This document shows, in pieces, positions 30,162 through 40,582 of a stretch of 64,000 bases of DNA. Under the pieces are notes generated by a model. The model worked only from the letters and a program-made list of their open reading frames with translations, was not told the origin of the DNA and searched no databases. Every line of letters begins with the position of its first letter. Position 1 is the first letter of the stretch. Made by a program: the position numbers and the translations under genes. The stretch is taken from the IMG/VR virus record IMGVR_UViG_3300037264_003921, positions 32,001-96,000 of that record. The stretch is one strand, 5' to 3'. This DNA is from a virus.

Positions 30162-31053
30162 CGCTTCTGGAGACCGTTGGGCGAAAAAAGCTCTCCGTAA
30201 TCGGAAGCTCCATTCTCATCTCATTAGAGCATGATATGCATTTTATAGTTATCGTAGTGTCTATACTAGGAGACGCTGTACGTAGAAATTCCCTTATTGT
30301 AGCAGTGTCAGATGCATGCATTCGATGGCTAATTAAATCCTTAATCTTAGACCGATCAGCAGATCCCATTGCTTCCATAACGAGCATATTAAGACTTTCC
30401 TCTAATGTGTCATCGATCGATTCAACTTGCCTATTTGGACCTTGGATCTTCTTGGTTGTCTTACGTGTATTGATCATAGCTTGCATATCATACCCACGCA
30501 TTAGACGTACTTTAACCCAAAATTCCGCACCGGCTTTTTTCGTTAAATGCGGTAGTACTACTTTAAACGGCTCTTCTCCTAGTTCTGGTTTTGGTCTATT
30601 AATTGTTTCTGACAATCTATTAAAATCATATTCATGTGTGCTTGCTTCACCACAATCTTCATTCGTACACTTCACGATGAATTCATATATATTGCCATAT
30701 GTGATGCCACGAAGATAATACAGTAAAAATACTCTATCTCCTGCCAATAGATTTAGTGGATCAAAATTTTGACCAGGAAATTTAACACATTTCTTAAATA
30801 AATGGTCGATCGACTTACCAGATTGGGCAAGACGTTGTGTAGCAAGAATCTTTTCAGCAGCTAAGCCCATAGGACGAACCTCAACACGACCATCTGGGAC
30901 TGCGCCATTATAATACAGTCCCTTACTTGGAAGAATAACTTCCTCCCATGGCATAACCTGGTCTTCAGGCATCCGTAACACTAAGTCAAGTAAATCTTGT
31001 GGCTTTGATTCTACTGGTTTGTCTTCTGACATATACAAACTCCTATGATTCAA
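30151..31053 (-). CDS. Baseplate hub / tail assembly chaperone (gp26-like)
   Basis: LPSKG..Y, VRPM...EKIL, DRVFLLYYLRGITYG, two Cys pairs, ...ESFFRP. Likely start MSEDK at 31032 after AGGAG. Confidence 0.75.
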   Translation of the reverse strand: MNHRSLYMSEDKPVESKPQDLLDLVLRMPEDQVMPWEEVILPSKGLYYNGAVPDGRVEVRPMGLAAEKILATQRLAQSGKSIDHLFKKCVKFPGQNFDPLNLLAGDRVFLLYYLRGITYGNIYEFIVKCTNEDCGEASTHEYDFNRLSETINRPKPELGEEPFKVVLPHLTKKAGAEFWVKVRLMRGYDMQAMINTRKTTKKIQGPNRQVESIDDTLEESLNMLVMEAMGSADRSKIKDLISHRMHASDTATIREFLRTASPSIDTTITIKCISCSNEMRMELPITESFFRPTVSRSDGK

Positions 31054-31089
31054 AATTATTTATCTATGATACTATTGTTGTAGCTTGGA

Positions 31090-31614
31090 TTATTGTGGCT
31101 GTGATGGAGCTTCAATCTCTGCCCAATCATATGACAATATCATGTTAATCAACTTTATCTCACTATTGTCATATGACAACTCACTGTGTGAAATGCTCTT
31201 CGGCCAACTATTCTTCAAAGTAAAAGTAGGCCCAGTTGATTCACCAACTCCATCTGTTAAAATAAAAGAGCTCGTTTTCTTGTAGTCATTAGCAGAATTT
31301 ATTCCTTCGCCGTTTGTATATACTTTATCTTGCCATGTCCTCATATCGCCTATCATACCCATCACATCATAAAATGACAGAGATACATCTTCCCAATTAA
31401 CTGTTTTAGCGAATTTGTATTTAATCGATGCACCGACAACAATCTCTTCTTCGATAGAAAATCCTGGTAATTGTATGCTTTTAGCGTATAACATCGTAGG
31501 CTTATTAATTAATCCCTCTCCAAGAGATGTGATACGCCACCGATGTGATCTGTGTGTAGTTACGGTAATTGACGCTTCTGATGATGCATCAGATCCAATG
31601 TTAAATCCAGGCAT
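31090..31614 (-). CDS. Tail tube-like protein 2 (gp19 family)
   Basis: MPGFNIG, HRW, WEDVSLSFYD, YKK, WPK.I..SELSY. Paralog of the adjacent tube gene. Confidence 0.8.
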   Translation of the reverse strand: MPGFNIGSDASSEASITVTTHRSHRWRITSLGEGLINKPTMLYAKSIQLPGFSIEEEIVVGASIKYKFAKTVNWEDVSLSFYDVMGMIGDMRTWQDKVYTNGEGINSANDYKKTSSFILTDGVGESTGPTFTLKNSWPKSISHSELSYDNSEIKLINMILSYDWAEIEAPSQPQ

Positions 31615-31662
31615 TTTATATAGTATTCCTATTGTTATGTCTGATAATAGGAATACTAATGT

Positions 31663-32196
31663 TTATTGATCTCTTGTAGCTCTATCGAAGCGCATAGTAA
31701 CTTCAACTAGTTGGATATCTGTATTTGTGTAATCAAGATCTCCCCAATTAGTCTGTTGTGGCCATACGCCTTTCAATGTCCATTGTTCAGATGTAGCACC
31801 TGTACCATCAGTCATTGACAGTTTCGCTTCTTTTTTATATGCTCCTGGTGTGGCAACTGATATAGGGCCTCCACCAGCACCAATGCCACTTGTCGTGACT
31901 GTTGTCACCCACTTAAACATCTGCTCTGATACATCTGGATTCTGTTCAGCGTCATACCATGCTAGGCTGATTGGCTCCCATGACTGTTTACCAGCGAAAT
32001 ATGCTTGCTCTTGGTCATGGTGCATTATTGCTTCTTCATATTTAAATTGCGGTCTAGACGCTTTTTGCAAAAACAGCAAAGCCTCACGCTGTATTGGACC
32101 AATTGTTTCAAATAGCCAACGATGTTTACGTCGAGTTTCTGTGACGTTGGATGGTTCGTTACCACCACCACCGCCTCCAATGTTAAATCCAGGCAC
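31663..32196 (-). CDS. Tail tube protein (gp19 family)
   Basis: RKHRWLF, ASRP, AGKQSWEPI, YKKE, WTLKGVWP..WGDLDY. AAGGAGG upstream; follows the sheath. Confidence 0.88.
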   Translation of the reverse strand: MPGFNIGGGGGGNEPSNVTETRRKHRWLFETIGPIQREALLFLQKASRPQFKYEEAIMHHDQEQAYFAGKQSWEPISLAWYDAEQNPDVSEQMFKWVTTVTTSGIGAGGGPISVATPGAYKKEAKLSMTDGTGATSEQWTLKGVWPQQTNWGDLDYTNTDIQLVEVTMRFDRATRDQ

Positions 32197-32334
32197 TTTA
32201 GCTTAGCCTCCTTAACCAAACATAAAAACGACATTATTGTCATTAATATTTTGATCAATGTATTTCATAATTACAGCATATTTTTGACGCGTGATGTATA
32301 AACAAATATTGCGATTGTAAGGTTGATTATATAC

Positions 32335-32367
32335 AGAAAGAGCCTGAGTATTACTACCCAGGCTCTT
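32335..32367 (-). terminator. Probable intrinsic terminator after the sheath gene
   Basis: Minus strand AAGAGCCTGGGTA-GTAA-TACTCAGGCTCTT followed by TCT, about 10 nt after the sheath stop. Confidence 0.6.
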
Positions 32368-32377
32368 GTAAATCTTA

Positions 32378-35221
32378 TTATACTGTACTGGCACCAACAA
32401 CGACCCCAGCCGCTGCAAGGACTTCTTCAGCAGCAAAACTCTGCTCTGTACGTAGAATCACCAAATTCAACACGATGAATTCAGCAGCGCGTGTTGGCTT
32501 TAGAAGAATTGCCACATGAAGTTCGTTTCTATCAATGCGTTCAGGCGTGTTATTAGTCGAATCGCATATTACCTTAAATGCCTGCAATCCCCTACGCGCC
32601 ATTATATCTTCAAGGAATGGGGTTATAGCAGACCTTACTTCTGCAAACAATAGCTTGTCTATCGGCTCAAACAAGAAGAATCTCAATAGGCGAACAAGAT
32701 TCTTCTTTAAGAATATCAATAACATACGCACATTTACTCGATCAAGAGCCGTCTGACGACGTTGTAGTGTTCTCTGTCCGAAAACCGTAATGCCATCCTG
32801 TGGGAATTTAACTATTGGATTGACAGCGTTGCCACTACCATACAATAGATCACGTTCACCTTGTGTAGCATTAAATTCAACATCAAGAGCTGTCAATAAA
32901 TGGCCTCTCTGTAATCCTGCTGGAGCAAACCACTGCTCACGCTCTCTTGCAGTTCTTGCAAAGACACTGGCCGCAAATCCTGATGGCGGAACGAATAATT
33001 CCTCACCTGAGAATTGGTTGAAGATCTTCAGCCATGGCCAATATAATGCGCCATAACTAGAATTAATAGCCGCAGAAAGGTCACTAAGCAGCATACCGTT
33101 ATGCCAATCAACAGCCTGTTGTGGCCTCAAGCCAAACGGACTATCAACTAGATAAAGCATATCCCCACGGCCTTCACACAACTGGAGTGCCTGACCAATT
33201 ACAGAGCCAGAGCTTACACCAGGAATGCATAGCAAATTAGTGTCGAATACTTCAGGATTCTGGAATGCAAATAAGCCAGTGGAAGTAGCTGGATTGCCAA
33301 TTATGGCACGATCAAGCTCTGAACTAAATACTGGATCCGTTGGAATACCATTAGCCTGGCCAGAGAATATTCTATTCGTAACAGGCGTTGGGTTACGGAC
33401 CTCAAAGCTTGGATCAGATGGATCATTATTCAAATATGATGGACGTGCTTCCCATTCAACAAATGGGTTACCATTTACACCACCTAACGTGCTTCCTGCA
33501 TTCAGGACGTTGGCAAGGTATCTAGCTTCACTTGAATCGAAGCTGAGATCGTCTACCCTATCAACCTCAACACCGCTCTGGAACACTCTAATTGAATATC
33601 TGTCACCAATACTATTAAACAATTCAACGGTCACCCTTAGTGGGTCTACCCATGTTCCTGGAGTCTTAGCAACTAGGAATCCAACTATATTTTCATAATA
33701 TGAAGTATCAGCCTCGCATGTATCACTTGCTGGATCAAGCTCACAGCTTAATGGTATTGATGGTGTTACTGTGCCAGGTGCTGGTAATGAAACACGTGGA
33801 TCAGAGAATCCACGGTAATTTCTAGTATACGGGAATGGAATGTCAAGCTCTTCAGCAAACTTTAAAGTTTTAATATATGAGAAGGTTGCTTGTATCTTCA
33901 AAATTGCCAATTTTACGTCATCAGATGAAATTATAACAACTCTCGACTCACCATCTGCAACTTGCAATGCGAAACTGTCATAATAACGGTTCCCAGCCTT
34001 GACGCCGCCAAGATTCAACGCATCAGAAACTTCAGTGGTGTCAAGAGTACCATTTGGAATAGACATTTCAAGATCAACAGTTGCATCAACACCTATCGAT
34101 GAAATCCTGACACGATTGTTCGCGTTATTGATTATATATGGACCAGGATCATTACTTAACAAATAGCTTCTTGGAATATCAAACACAAATTGTGAAACGC
34201 CAACTTCGAGAGCCCATGCTTCAATAGCCATTAGTTGTATACGATCGCCAGCTAGCTTTGTTACTATTTCAGGGATTCCGCCAACATTTTGGGCAAGATA
34301 GTCTTCACCGCTACCGACCAATACATTGAATGCATCAACAAACGTATCGGTGTCTGTGAATGATACTGTACCAAAAGAAAAACTTGGTGCTGCGCCACCT
34401 TGGACTGAAAAAGAGAAAGTTCTATTATCAGGACGAGTCTTAAACGAGAATGAATCATCAAGCTCAAGCGGGTTCGACCCAGTAACAACTATAGCAAATA
34501 TTAACCCACAATCATTATCGCCAGTGCCAACCAATATTGGTTCTGAAGTGCCCAACGTACCACTTTCTACAACGGCCCCTGAATTTGTCGTCACTCCATC
34601 ACTGTTTCTGACTATCTCAAATCTAGCATCATCCATCACCGATCCACTGCTAGGAGGTGGAGCCTGAGTGATTAATACAGTAAAACTATCATCAATAGCA
34701 TCTAAATAAGTGTCACTCAAACCAGCGCCGGTAAAATCTAATGTCGCAACAGTGATTTCTGATCCGCCATCGATATCAGTAAAACTTATATCGAATACAG
34801 AGCCATCATGGAATTCAAAAGGTGCATCAGCACTTGGTGTACGAAGCAATATGCGGCCATGATCAATACCTTTAAACAATGGGATACGACCCCATCCTTC
34901 AATTTTTAAACCACTCGTATCAATAGCGATGGCGGCAAGCTCATCTGGCTGGCCATCCTCGGCTTCAACACCTACTCGCAATATATATGCTTGATTGCCT
35001 TCTTCCATATAGTTAAGAACAGCGAATCCAAGAGAAGATTCTCTTATTGGCTCTCCAAATGTATCGATGAACTGCTGAGAATTTGACACAAATGTTGGGG
35101 TATTTACTGGACCTTTTTTGGCTGTTCCAATAAATACTGGCCTAAGCGGCCCAACTGCTGTTGGCAGTGCACTGAGGTCTATCTCTCGTGGAAAAACTCC
35201 CGGGGAAAGGAAAACCGCCAT
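32378..35221 (-). CDS. Tail sheath protein (gp18-like)
   Basis: FLSPGVFPREIDLS, GTAKKGP, SSYGALYWPW, WFAPAG..RG, FGQRTL, RVNVRML, NNTPERIDRNEL, PTRAAEFI. Confidence 0.95.
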   Translation of the reverse strand: MAVFLSPGVFPREIDLSALPTAVGPLRPVFIGTAKKGPVNTPTFVSNSQQFIDTFGEPIRESSLGFAVLNYMEEGNQAYILRVGVEAEDGQPDELAAIAIDTSGLKIEGWGRIPLFKGIDHGRILLRTPSADAPFEFHDGSVFDISFTDIDGGSEITVATLDFTGAGLSDTYLDAIDDSFTVLITQAPPPSSGSVMDDARFEIVRNSDGVTTNSGAVVESGTLGTSEPILVGTGDNDCGLIFAIVVTGSNPLELDDSFSFKTRPDNRTFSFSVQGGAAPSFSFGTVSFTDTDTFVDAFNVLVGSGEDYLAQNVGGIPEIVTKLAGDRIQLMAIEAWALEVGVSQFVFDIPRSYLLSNDPGPYIINNANNRVRISSIGVDATVDLEMSIPNGTLDTTEVSDALNLGGVKAGNRYYDSFALQVADGESRVVIISSDDVKLAILKIQATFSYIKTLKFAEELDIPFPYTRNYRGFSDPRVSLPAPGTVTPSIPLSCELDPASDTCEADTSYYENIVGFLVAKTPGTWVDPLRVTVELFNSIGDRYSIRVFQSGVEVDRVDDLSFDSSEARYLANVLNAGSTLGGVNGNPFVEWEARPSYLNNDPSDPSFEVRNPTPVTNRIFSGQANGIPTDPVFSSELDRAIIGNPATSTGLFAFQNPEVFDTNLLCIPGVSSGSVIGQALQLCEGRGDMLYLVDSPFGLRPQQAVDWHNGMLLSDLSAAINSSYGALYWPWLKIFNQFSGEELFVPPSGFAASVFARTAREREQWFAPAGLQRGHLLTALDVEFNATQGERDLLYGSGNAVNPIVKFPQDGITVFGQRTLQRRQTALDRVNVRMLLIFLKKNLVRLLRFFLFEPIDKLLFAEVRSAITPFLEDIMARRGLQAFKVICDSTNNTPERIDRNELHVAILLKPTRAAEFIVLNLVILRTEQSFAAEEVLAAAGVVVGASTV

Positions 35222-35269
35222 ATTATTCTCCTAATGCTTTATCATCATCATGTGTATATTTGCAATCAC

Positions 35270-36817
35270 CTATTTTTGCAACCATCTCACATAACGAAGC
35301 TTTTCTTTCCCAAGCACCTTATGCATCCCATATTTAATAGCATATTGATTTTCATCTAATTTAAGCCTAGCTGCATGATCCCACACAGTCTTCTTATGAT
35401 ACCAAGCGTTGTTAGCATCAACATACCAATAGTCAGGCTTTACAAACCCATCAAACTTCCATCCTGCAGCCCTATAGATTGTCCCTTCATGAGCATAAGT
35501 CGTATCGGCAAATGTATAGATCACCTTAACCAATGGCTTGTTACCTTTAATAAATCGTATAGCCTTTCCCAACAACATAGAAGCTAAATTCTTTTTTTGA
35601 TATTGTGGATGTATCACAAATCTAGTCAGCTCTAATGCATGTTTAGAAAGTACATTAAGGCGTTTAGCACTTTGCTCTCTTGTAGGATGAGAGAAAACGG
35701 CAGATGCAATAATTTTATTATTCAGCTTAGCAACATATCTAACTGAACCAAATCTGCCAATATTAGCCATATAATGGTACTTAGCAAACAAACTTCTTAA
35801 TTCATCTGTAACATCGGCGCATTCAAATATGATATCACTAAAGTTGAAATCAATGATTTCATATGGTTTATTAAGCCCAAGCTTTTCGCGAATAATATTT
35901 TCTACAAGTTGTCTACTACGGAACTCATAATCCCAAATTGCTAAAAGATCATAATCTTCACCAAAATAAGTTTTAAGGAATGTTGCTTTTGCATTATCAT
36001 TAGCTTGTTTGTTCTTTGTATAATGCCAATAGCCTTGGCATTCAATCATCAAATTTTTCTGCATCGACCCATGTTTCGGTATCTTGCAGTCGAATATATA
36101 GCCAGTAAAACGGCTATTCGTAGTAACAATTGGACCAACAGTGGTTTGAGCACCCTCAGCAAAGTATGGCACTTTAAGATCATCTAGTATTGAATATAAA
36201 GTTGTTTGTAGTGAAGACACTTTATTAGTATGCCACGAAGATAATCTAGCTTTATCCAGCACATTGATCATTTTGTTTCTATATTCAGGCGACTGCCAAA
36301 GCTCCTTTGAGCGCTTAGAAGCAGCAGCGTAATATTTAGACTCAGATCTAAGCTCATGCTGTCGTTTGGCATAATCCTTATCAGCCCAAGCTTTTTTGCT
36401 GGTGTTACTAATATTCGTTTTGCCTTTATCAGAGCGCCGCCAGTGTAATCTTCGTTCACGCTCACTAGCAGAACAATTTTCCCAACTACGTCGCTGGCTA
36501 TATGCTATTTTACGCTTTATATTATTATTATGGACTTTTGCTGCATAATCAGGATCATCATGCAAATTAGCAAATTTCTTGCAATATGTCGGGTCCTTAT
36601 ATATTGGATTTGCACGCGACTCAGCTGCAAGTATTGGTTTCAAGCATTTATTGCATACCCATTGACCAGGCCTACGACGCTTCCTACGCCGATAATTCCC
36701 AACAGTTGTGCTTAATACAGCATAGCAAACAGCACATTTTAGTGTCAAATATGCAGCACTATCCAAAGATGCTGGCTGTTCAATAACCTGCTGATCTACA
36801 ATGCCTTTAGATTTCAC
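35270..36817 (-). CDS. Zn-ribbon + basic helical repeats + Vsr/DUF559-like nuclease + Mom-like GNAT fusion
   Basis: CAVC..CNKC; FD..IECQGYWH..D..K..IWDYE; HY..ELTRF..NLAS..TFADTTYAHEGTIYRAAGW; PDYWY. Confidence 0.7.
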   Translation of the reverse strand: MKSKGIVDQQVIEQPASLDSAAYLTLKCAVCYAVLSTTVGNYRRRKRRRPGQWVCNKCLKPILAAESRANPIYKDPTYCKKFANLHDDPDYAAKVHNNNIKRKIAYSQRRSWENCSASERERRLHWRRSDKGKTNISNTSKKAWADKDYAKRQHELRSESKYYAAASKRSKELWQSPEYRNKMINVLDKARLSSWHTNKVSSLQTTLYSILDDLKVPYFAEGAQTTVGPIVTTNSRFTGYIFDCKIPKHGSMQKNLMIECQGYWHYTKNKQANDNAKATFLKTYFGEDYDLLAIWDYEFRSRQLVENIIREKLGLNKPYEIIDFNFSDIIFECADVTDELRSLFAKYHYMANIGRFGSVRYVAKLNNKIIASAVFSHPTREQSAKRLNVLSKHALELTRFVIHPQYQKKNLASMLLGKAIRFIKGNKPLVKVIYTFADTTYAHEGTIYRAAGWKFDGFVKPDYWYVDANNAWYHKKTVWDHAARLKLDENQYAIKYGMHKVLGKEKLRYVRWLQK

Positions 36818-36824
36818 ACTTTAT

Positions 36825-37094
36825 TTATTCTAAACTTCCTGATACAATCGATATCCTGCCAGCCTTTTGATGGTTAACAATTTGCTCACGTATCAAACGT
36901 GATACTGGAAACTTACCAGTCTTGCCACAATGCAGTATAACTGTCTGTTCGCCAATATAAAAATCGACACCATTTGGAGCTCTCAATTGGATCGATACTG
37001 GCTGATTAGTAGTCTTATTACATAATGTTACATATGCCAAGCTACTATTTTTAGCCTTTGTGATTTCCCTTTGTGTTATTGGTCTCTTTGCCAT
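36825..37094 (-). CDS. Small hypothetical tail-region protein
   Basis: 89 aa with GGAGGT RBS. Confidence 0.65.
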   Translation of the reverse strand: MAKRPITQREITKAKNSSLAYVTLCNKTTNQPVSIQLRAPNGVDFYIGEQTVILHCGKTGKFPVSRLIREQIVNHQKAGRISIVSGSLE

Positions 37095-37114
37095 CTTATA
37101 CCTCCAATTTATTT

Positions 37115-37954
37115 TTATTTAGCAGGTTTAAAAAATTCTTCATTTATAACACTTCGTAACGGCTCAACAGCTTCAAGGAATTTGCCAGTCCTTTCATGCA
37201 AAGAAGTAACTTTTCCAAGTACTGTTGGAAGTATTTTTTCCGGCAATGGTAACCACCCTTCCATTGTTACAGAAACATCATAACGCACTTTTGCTAATTC
37301 CTCAGCACCAATGTCAATATCTGAATTGTCTGTTGAGTCACCAAATCTTAGTTGAACATTACCACGTAACCCAGACTCATCATCTATTTTAAATTCAGCC
37401 AATGGATGGAATCTAGTCATAATCTGATGCATAATATATTCAACATCACGCTTTCGTTCGGTCCAGACCGATAGCGTATAATCAATTAAAGCAGGCCATG
37501 GACGATATGTTAGTATAATTTTTGAACCATCATCATGGGCGAATCGTCTAGTCATGTTAATATGTGGTGGACTAAATTTTTCCACATTGAAACGCCAGCC
37601 AGTACGGTTAATTGACATAACTGGCAATTTTATACGTCCAGATCTCAAATCTTGTTGCCATATTAATAAGGTTTTATCCCCACCAGCAATCCTTACAGTC
37701 AAATCTCGCACTGAATCTTGTGTTGGCACTTTAATGTCTTCAAAATATCTCTTCATTCCAGTATCCATTGAATAGAAACCACGCACAAGTACAGATCTAA
37801 TGTCTTCTGGTTGGTTGAGATTGACATCACTATTAGTTAATTCATCTTTCTCTACTAGGTCTGGTTGTGTTGGTAGTGTTGATGATATCAACGGAGCTCG
37901 CTCTGTAGCTAAGTTCTTATTTGATCGTGGCAAAAATGTGAAGTTGTGAATCAT
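37115..37954 (-). CDS. Tail terminator / sheath stabiliser (gp15-like)
   Basis: IKLPVMSINRTG, PWPALIDYTLSVWT...HQIMTRFHP, MEGWL. Confidence 0.78.
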   Translation of the reverse strand: MIHNFTFLPRSNKNLATERAPLISSTLPTQPDLVEKDELTNSDVNLNQPEDIRSVLVRGFYSMDTGMKRYFEDIKVPTQDSVRDLTVRIAGGDKTLLIWQQDLRSGRIKLPVMSINRTGWRFNVEKFSPPHINMTRRFAHDDGSKIILTYRPWPALIDYTLSVWTERKRDVEYIMHQIMTRFHPLAEFKIDDESGLRGNVQLRFGDSTDNSDIDIGAEELAKVRYDVSVTMEGWLPLPEKILPTVLGKVTSLHERTGKFLEAVEPLRSVINEEFFKPAK

Positions 37955-38373
37955 TACTTTGCCTTCGCTTTCATTCCACCAATACCAAGCGCTTTAATAA
38001 TACGATTCACATGATCGATGTTTTGCATTTCAACACGAATCTTTTGCCATGGCCTACCACCATATAATTCGTGCATACGGGCTGATTTATCGGCTTCTGT
38101 GTTAGGTGGTATATAAACAATCGCACGATCATTAACTATAAGTTTAGTAATAAACTTAGCAATTTCAGATGGTTGCATACTATCTAATGGCTGCTTGGTA
38201 TGTGGATTTTTCAGCGGATAGTACAACTGTTGGACACGTCTAATATAGTCCTCAATGACAGATGATTTTACATAATCAGACAATGAATCAATAACAGAGC
38301 GACCAGCCCTCATTATGTTGGTCTTAAGCTCTAATTCCAATTCATCGGCATTTTTTACATTTATTAACGGCAT
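37954..38373 (-). CDS. Hypothetical neck-region protein
   Basis: Coupled between gp14-like and gp15-like genes. Confidence 0.6.
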   Translation of the reverse strand: MPLINVKNADELELELKTNIMRAGRSVIDSLSDYVKSSVIEDYIRRVQQLYYPLKNPHTKQPLDSMQPSEIAKFITKLIVNDRAIVYIPPNTEADKSARMHELYGGRPWQKIRVEMQNIDHVNRIIKALGIGGMKAKAK

Positions 38374-38960
38374 TATTTAACTCTAACTTTCAATGTATCG
38401 TCACCAGTGATCAATTCACAAATTGCATTGACATATAACCATCTATATTGAAAAAATCCATCTTCTTTAGAATTCAAAATACGAAACATAAGAGGGCCAG
38501 TATCATATGGCGTTGGCAAATTATATGGTGCTTCTATCACATCACCAGGTTGTACCAACCTCTCATTTATAGACCCATCCATCATTAAACTCGCTCTCGA
38601 GAATACAACAGTTATTCTTAATGGTGTATCAACGCCCCATCTTGTTAATTCTGTCATCACTGGTTCTGGCTTGAAATAAGCTTTCATCTTTTTGCCAGCT
38701 CGATATATCGGGTCAGCATCCTCATCCCAAATTTCAAGCTCTTGTGAGTCACCCTTAGGTTCTTTTATAAATAGTGTAATCCATGCGCCTGAAATATTGA
38801 TCATTTCTTCAGCTAAACGTTCAGCGTATGCTATATCAGGCTTGCCATGATTATATGTTGATAATGGCGTGAATTGTTTTTCAACATCTGAGCGATGGTC
38901 TGGAATACTATCTATAGTAACAAATTGTTCACGCATTGCATCAAAGTTGTGTATTGCCAC
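38373..38960 (-). CDS. Neck / head completion protein (gp14-like)
   Basis: EMINISG...IWDED...MKAYF...LTRWGVD...PGDVI. Confidence 0.7.
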   Translation of the reverse strand: MAIHNFDAMREQFVTIDSIPDHRSDVEKQFTPLSTYNHGKPDIAYAERLAEEMINISGAWITLFIKEPKGDSQELEIWDEDADPIYRAGKKMKAYFKPEPVMTELTRWGVDTPLRITVVFSRASLMMDGSINERLVQPGDVIEAPYNLPTPYDTGPLMFRILNSKEDGFFQYRWLYVNAICELITGDDTLKVRVK

Positions 38961-38964
38961 AAAG

Positions 38965-38972
38965 TATATTTG
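38965..38972 (-). promoter_or_regulatory. Candidate late promoter CAAA[ATG]ATA (representative copy)
   Basis: Also at 1814-1821, 19444-19451, 29927-29934, 32279-32286, 35255-35262, 40957-40964, 44124-44131 and 45999-46006, each upstream of a structural or putative late gene. Confidence 0.6.
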
Positions 38973-38989
38973 GATAGGACTATTTTAAA

Positions 38990-39343
38990 CTATGCTCTAG
39001 GTGGTAGATCTTCAGGTGTGATGTTATCAAAATCAATTGTAGTTGGAATTGGATAAGTTGGGTCATCATTGTTACCAAGGCCGCCATCATACCAACCTGT
39101 TGATCCTTTTGTACGAAACACAATCATATCATAGATAAATTTAAATTCAACTTCTGGAAATCTTTCTATGAGCATTCTGATATCTGGAAAATTAGTAAAT
39201 CCGCCCATATAACCATGACTATCAAACCTCGTCGAACCAAAAGCATCATTGGCATCAACTAGATTTACAAGTTCATCATAAACATTGGCAATCAGATCTT
39301 GATTTTCAACAGATTTTATGTCATCTTCTCCCGGAATAGCCAT
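38990..39343 (-). CDS. Hypothetical protein
   Basis: 117-aa acidic ORF within the operon. Confidence 0.6.
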   Translation of the reverse strand: MAIPGEDDIKSVENQDLIANVYDELVNLVDANDAFGSTRFDSHGYMGGFTNFPDIRMLIERFPEVEFKFIYDMIVFRTKGSTGWYDGGLGNNDDPTYPIPTTIDFDNITPEDLPPRA

Positions 39344-39346
39344 TCT

Positions 39347-40582
39347 TTACCTTGTGATATTCTTTATCCTGCGCTGCACTGATTCAATCATGTTGCTAAT
39401 ATCATCATAATGCAATGAACTGGCAATAGTTGAGGCTTTTGTTAGTTCTGTCGGACTTAACAATTCAACATCAAATGGTTCACTAAATCCGGCGTTTTTA
39501 ACCATATAGTCACTCAATGCCACTTGAACAGGCAATTCATCAACGTCGCCCTCTACAGCTATCCTTCCAACTGCTGCATCCCACATGCTAGTCAGTTTTA
39601 TAGGACTCAAATCAATTTGTTTTTGTTGTTGTTGTTTCCCAATGACTGGAGGTGCCTTACCGCGTTCTTTAGCATACGTAACAATATCATCAAGGCTTAA
39701 TGTTTTGACAATATCAATAGCTCTTGTAAGATCCGTTGGCTCCATGAGATCAACATTAAATGGATATGGAAATCCATGTTTCATAGCAAGACATTCACCA
39801 ACAAGTGATGCTAGGTGAATATAGCTAGTTCTACCAGCCGCCAATTCTTGCATAGTCGCTTTCCACCGATCGCGGTTTTCTTCTTTGTGTTTAGCAATTA
39901 TTGTAGCTCTATCACGCCATCCATCTGGTTCATCAATTTCAACATTTACAGAGATAAACCAATTATTATCATGACCTGGCATTATCTTAAACCATCCAGG
40001 AGTCGTTGCATCCTTCATAAGCTCATTCCATTTTTTCGTAGCCTCATCTTGATCGTTTCCGAGTGAGCTTATGACAAATGTCACATCACGTTTTATATCA
40101 TATCCAGGGGCGTATTCAGCTATTTTAGACAGTACGCCCCTAAATTTCATACCAGTCATTTTTTGATGTGTAACACTTTCACCATATTTTCTTACTCTTT
40201 TGCCATGAGGCTTTAACTGACCATATGGCACTTTTAAGTCGCCAAATCCTTTATATGCCATTGGATTAAGATTAGATTCACGTAAGAATCCCCATAACCA
40301 ATCAACAAACGATATCCATGGTGGAGGATTGCTCATGCCAGTCGCTGATAATCCAGGCAATCCAATAATTTTCCATGCCCCAACATCCTCATCACCTTCA
40401 GCACCAAATCCAGTGGCTTCTCTCGACATAGCTTTATCAAAACCATATACACGTAAATATGATTCATACTCAGCATGTTTACCAGACAATACTTCCATTG
40501 CCACTATTGAATGTGGTTGTACACTTTCAAAAAGAATTAACCTAACGGCACGCCTTATATCATCAATGGTGCTCATTAGCAT
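39347..40582 (-). CDS. Hypothetical protein with C-terminal internal duplication, possible internal head protein
   Basis: IRRAVRLILFES start. Repeats GFPYPFNVDLMEPTDLTRA..LSLDDI and GFSEPFDVELLSPTELTKA..LHYDDI. Confidence 0.6.
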   Translation of the reverse strand: MLMSTIDDIRRAVRLILFESVQPHSIVAMEVLSGKHAEYESYLRVYGFDKAMSREATGFGAEGDEDVGAWKIIGLPGLSATGMSNPPPWISFVDWLWGFLRESNLNPMAYKGFGDLKVPYGQLKPHGKRVRKYGESVTHQKMTGMKFRGVLSKIAEYAPGYDIKRDVTFVISSLGNDQDEATKKWNELMKDATTPGWFKIMPGHDNNWFISVNVEIDEPDGWRDRATIIAKHKEENRDRWKATMQELAAGRTSYIHLASLVGECLAMKHGFPYPFNVDLMEPTDLTRAIDIVKTLSLDDIVTYAKERGKAPPVIGKQQQQKQIDLSPIKLTSMWDAAVGRIAVEGDVDELPVQVALSDYMVKNAGFSEPFDVELLSPTELTKASTIASSLHYDDISNMIESVQRRIKNITR

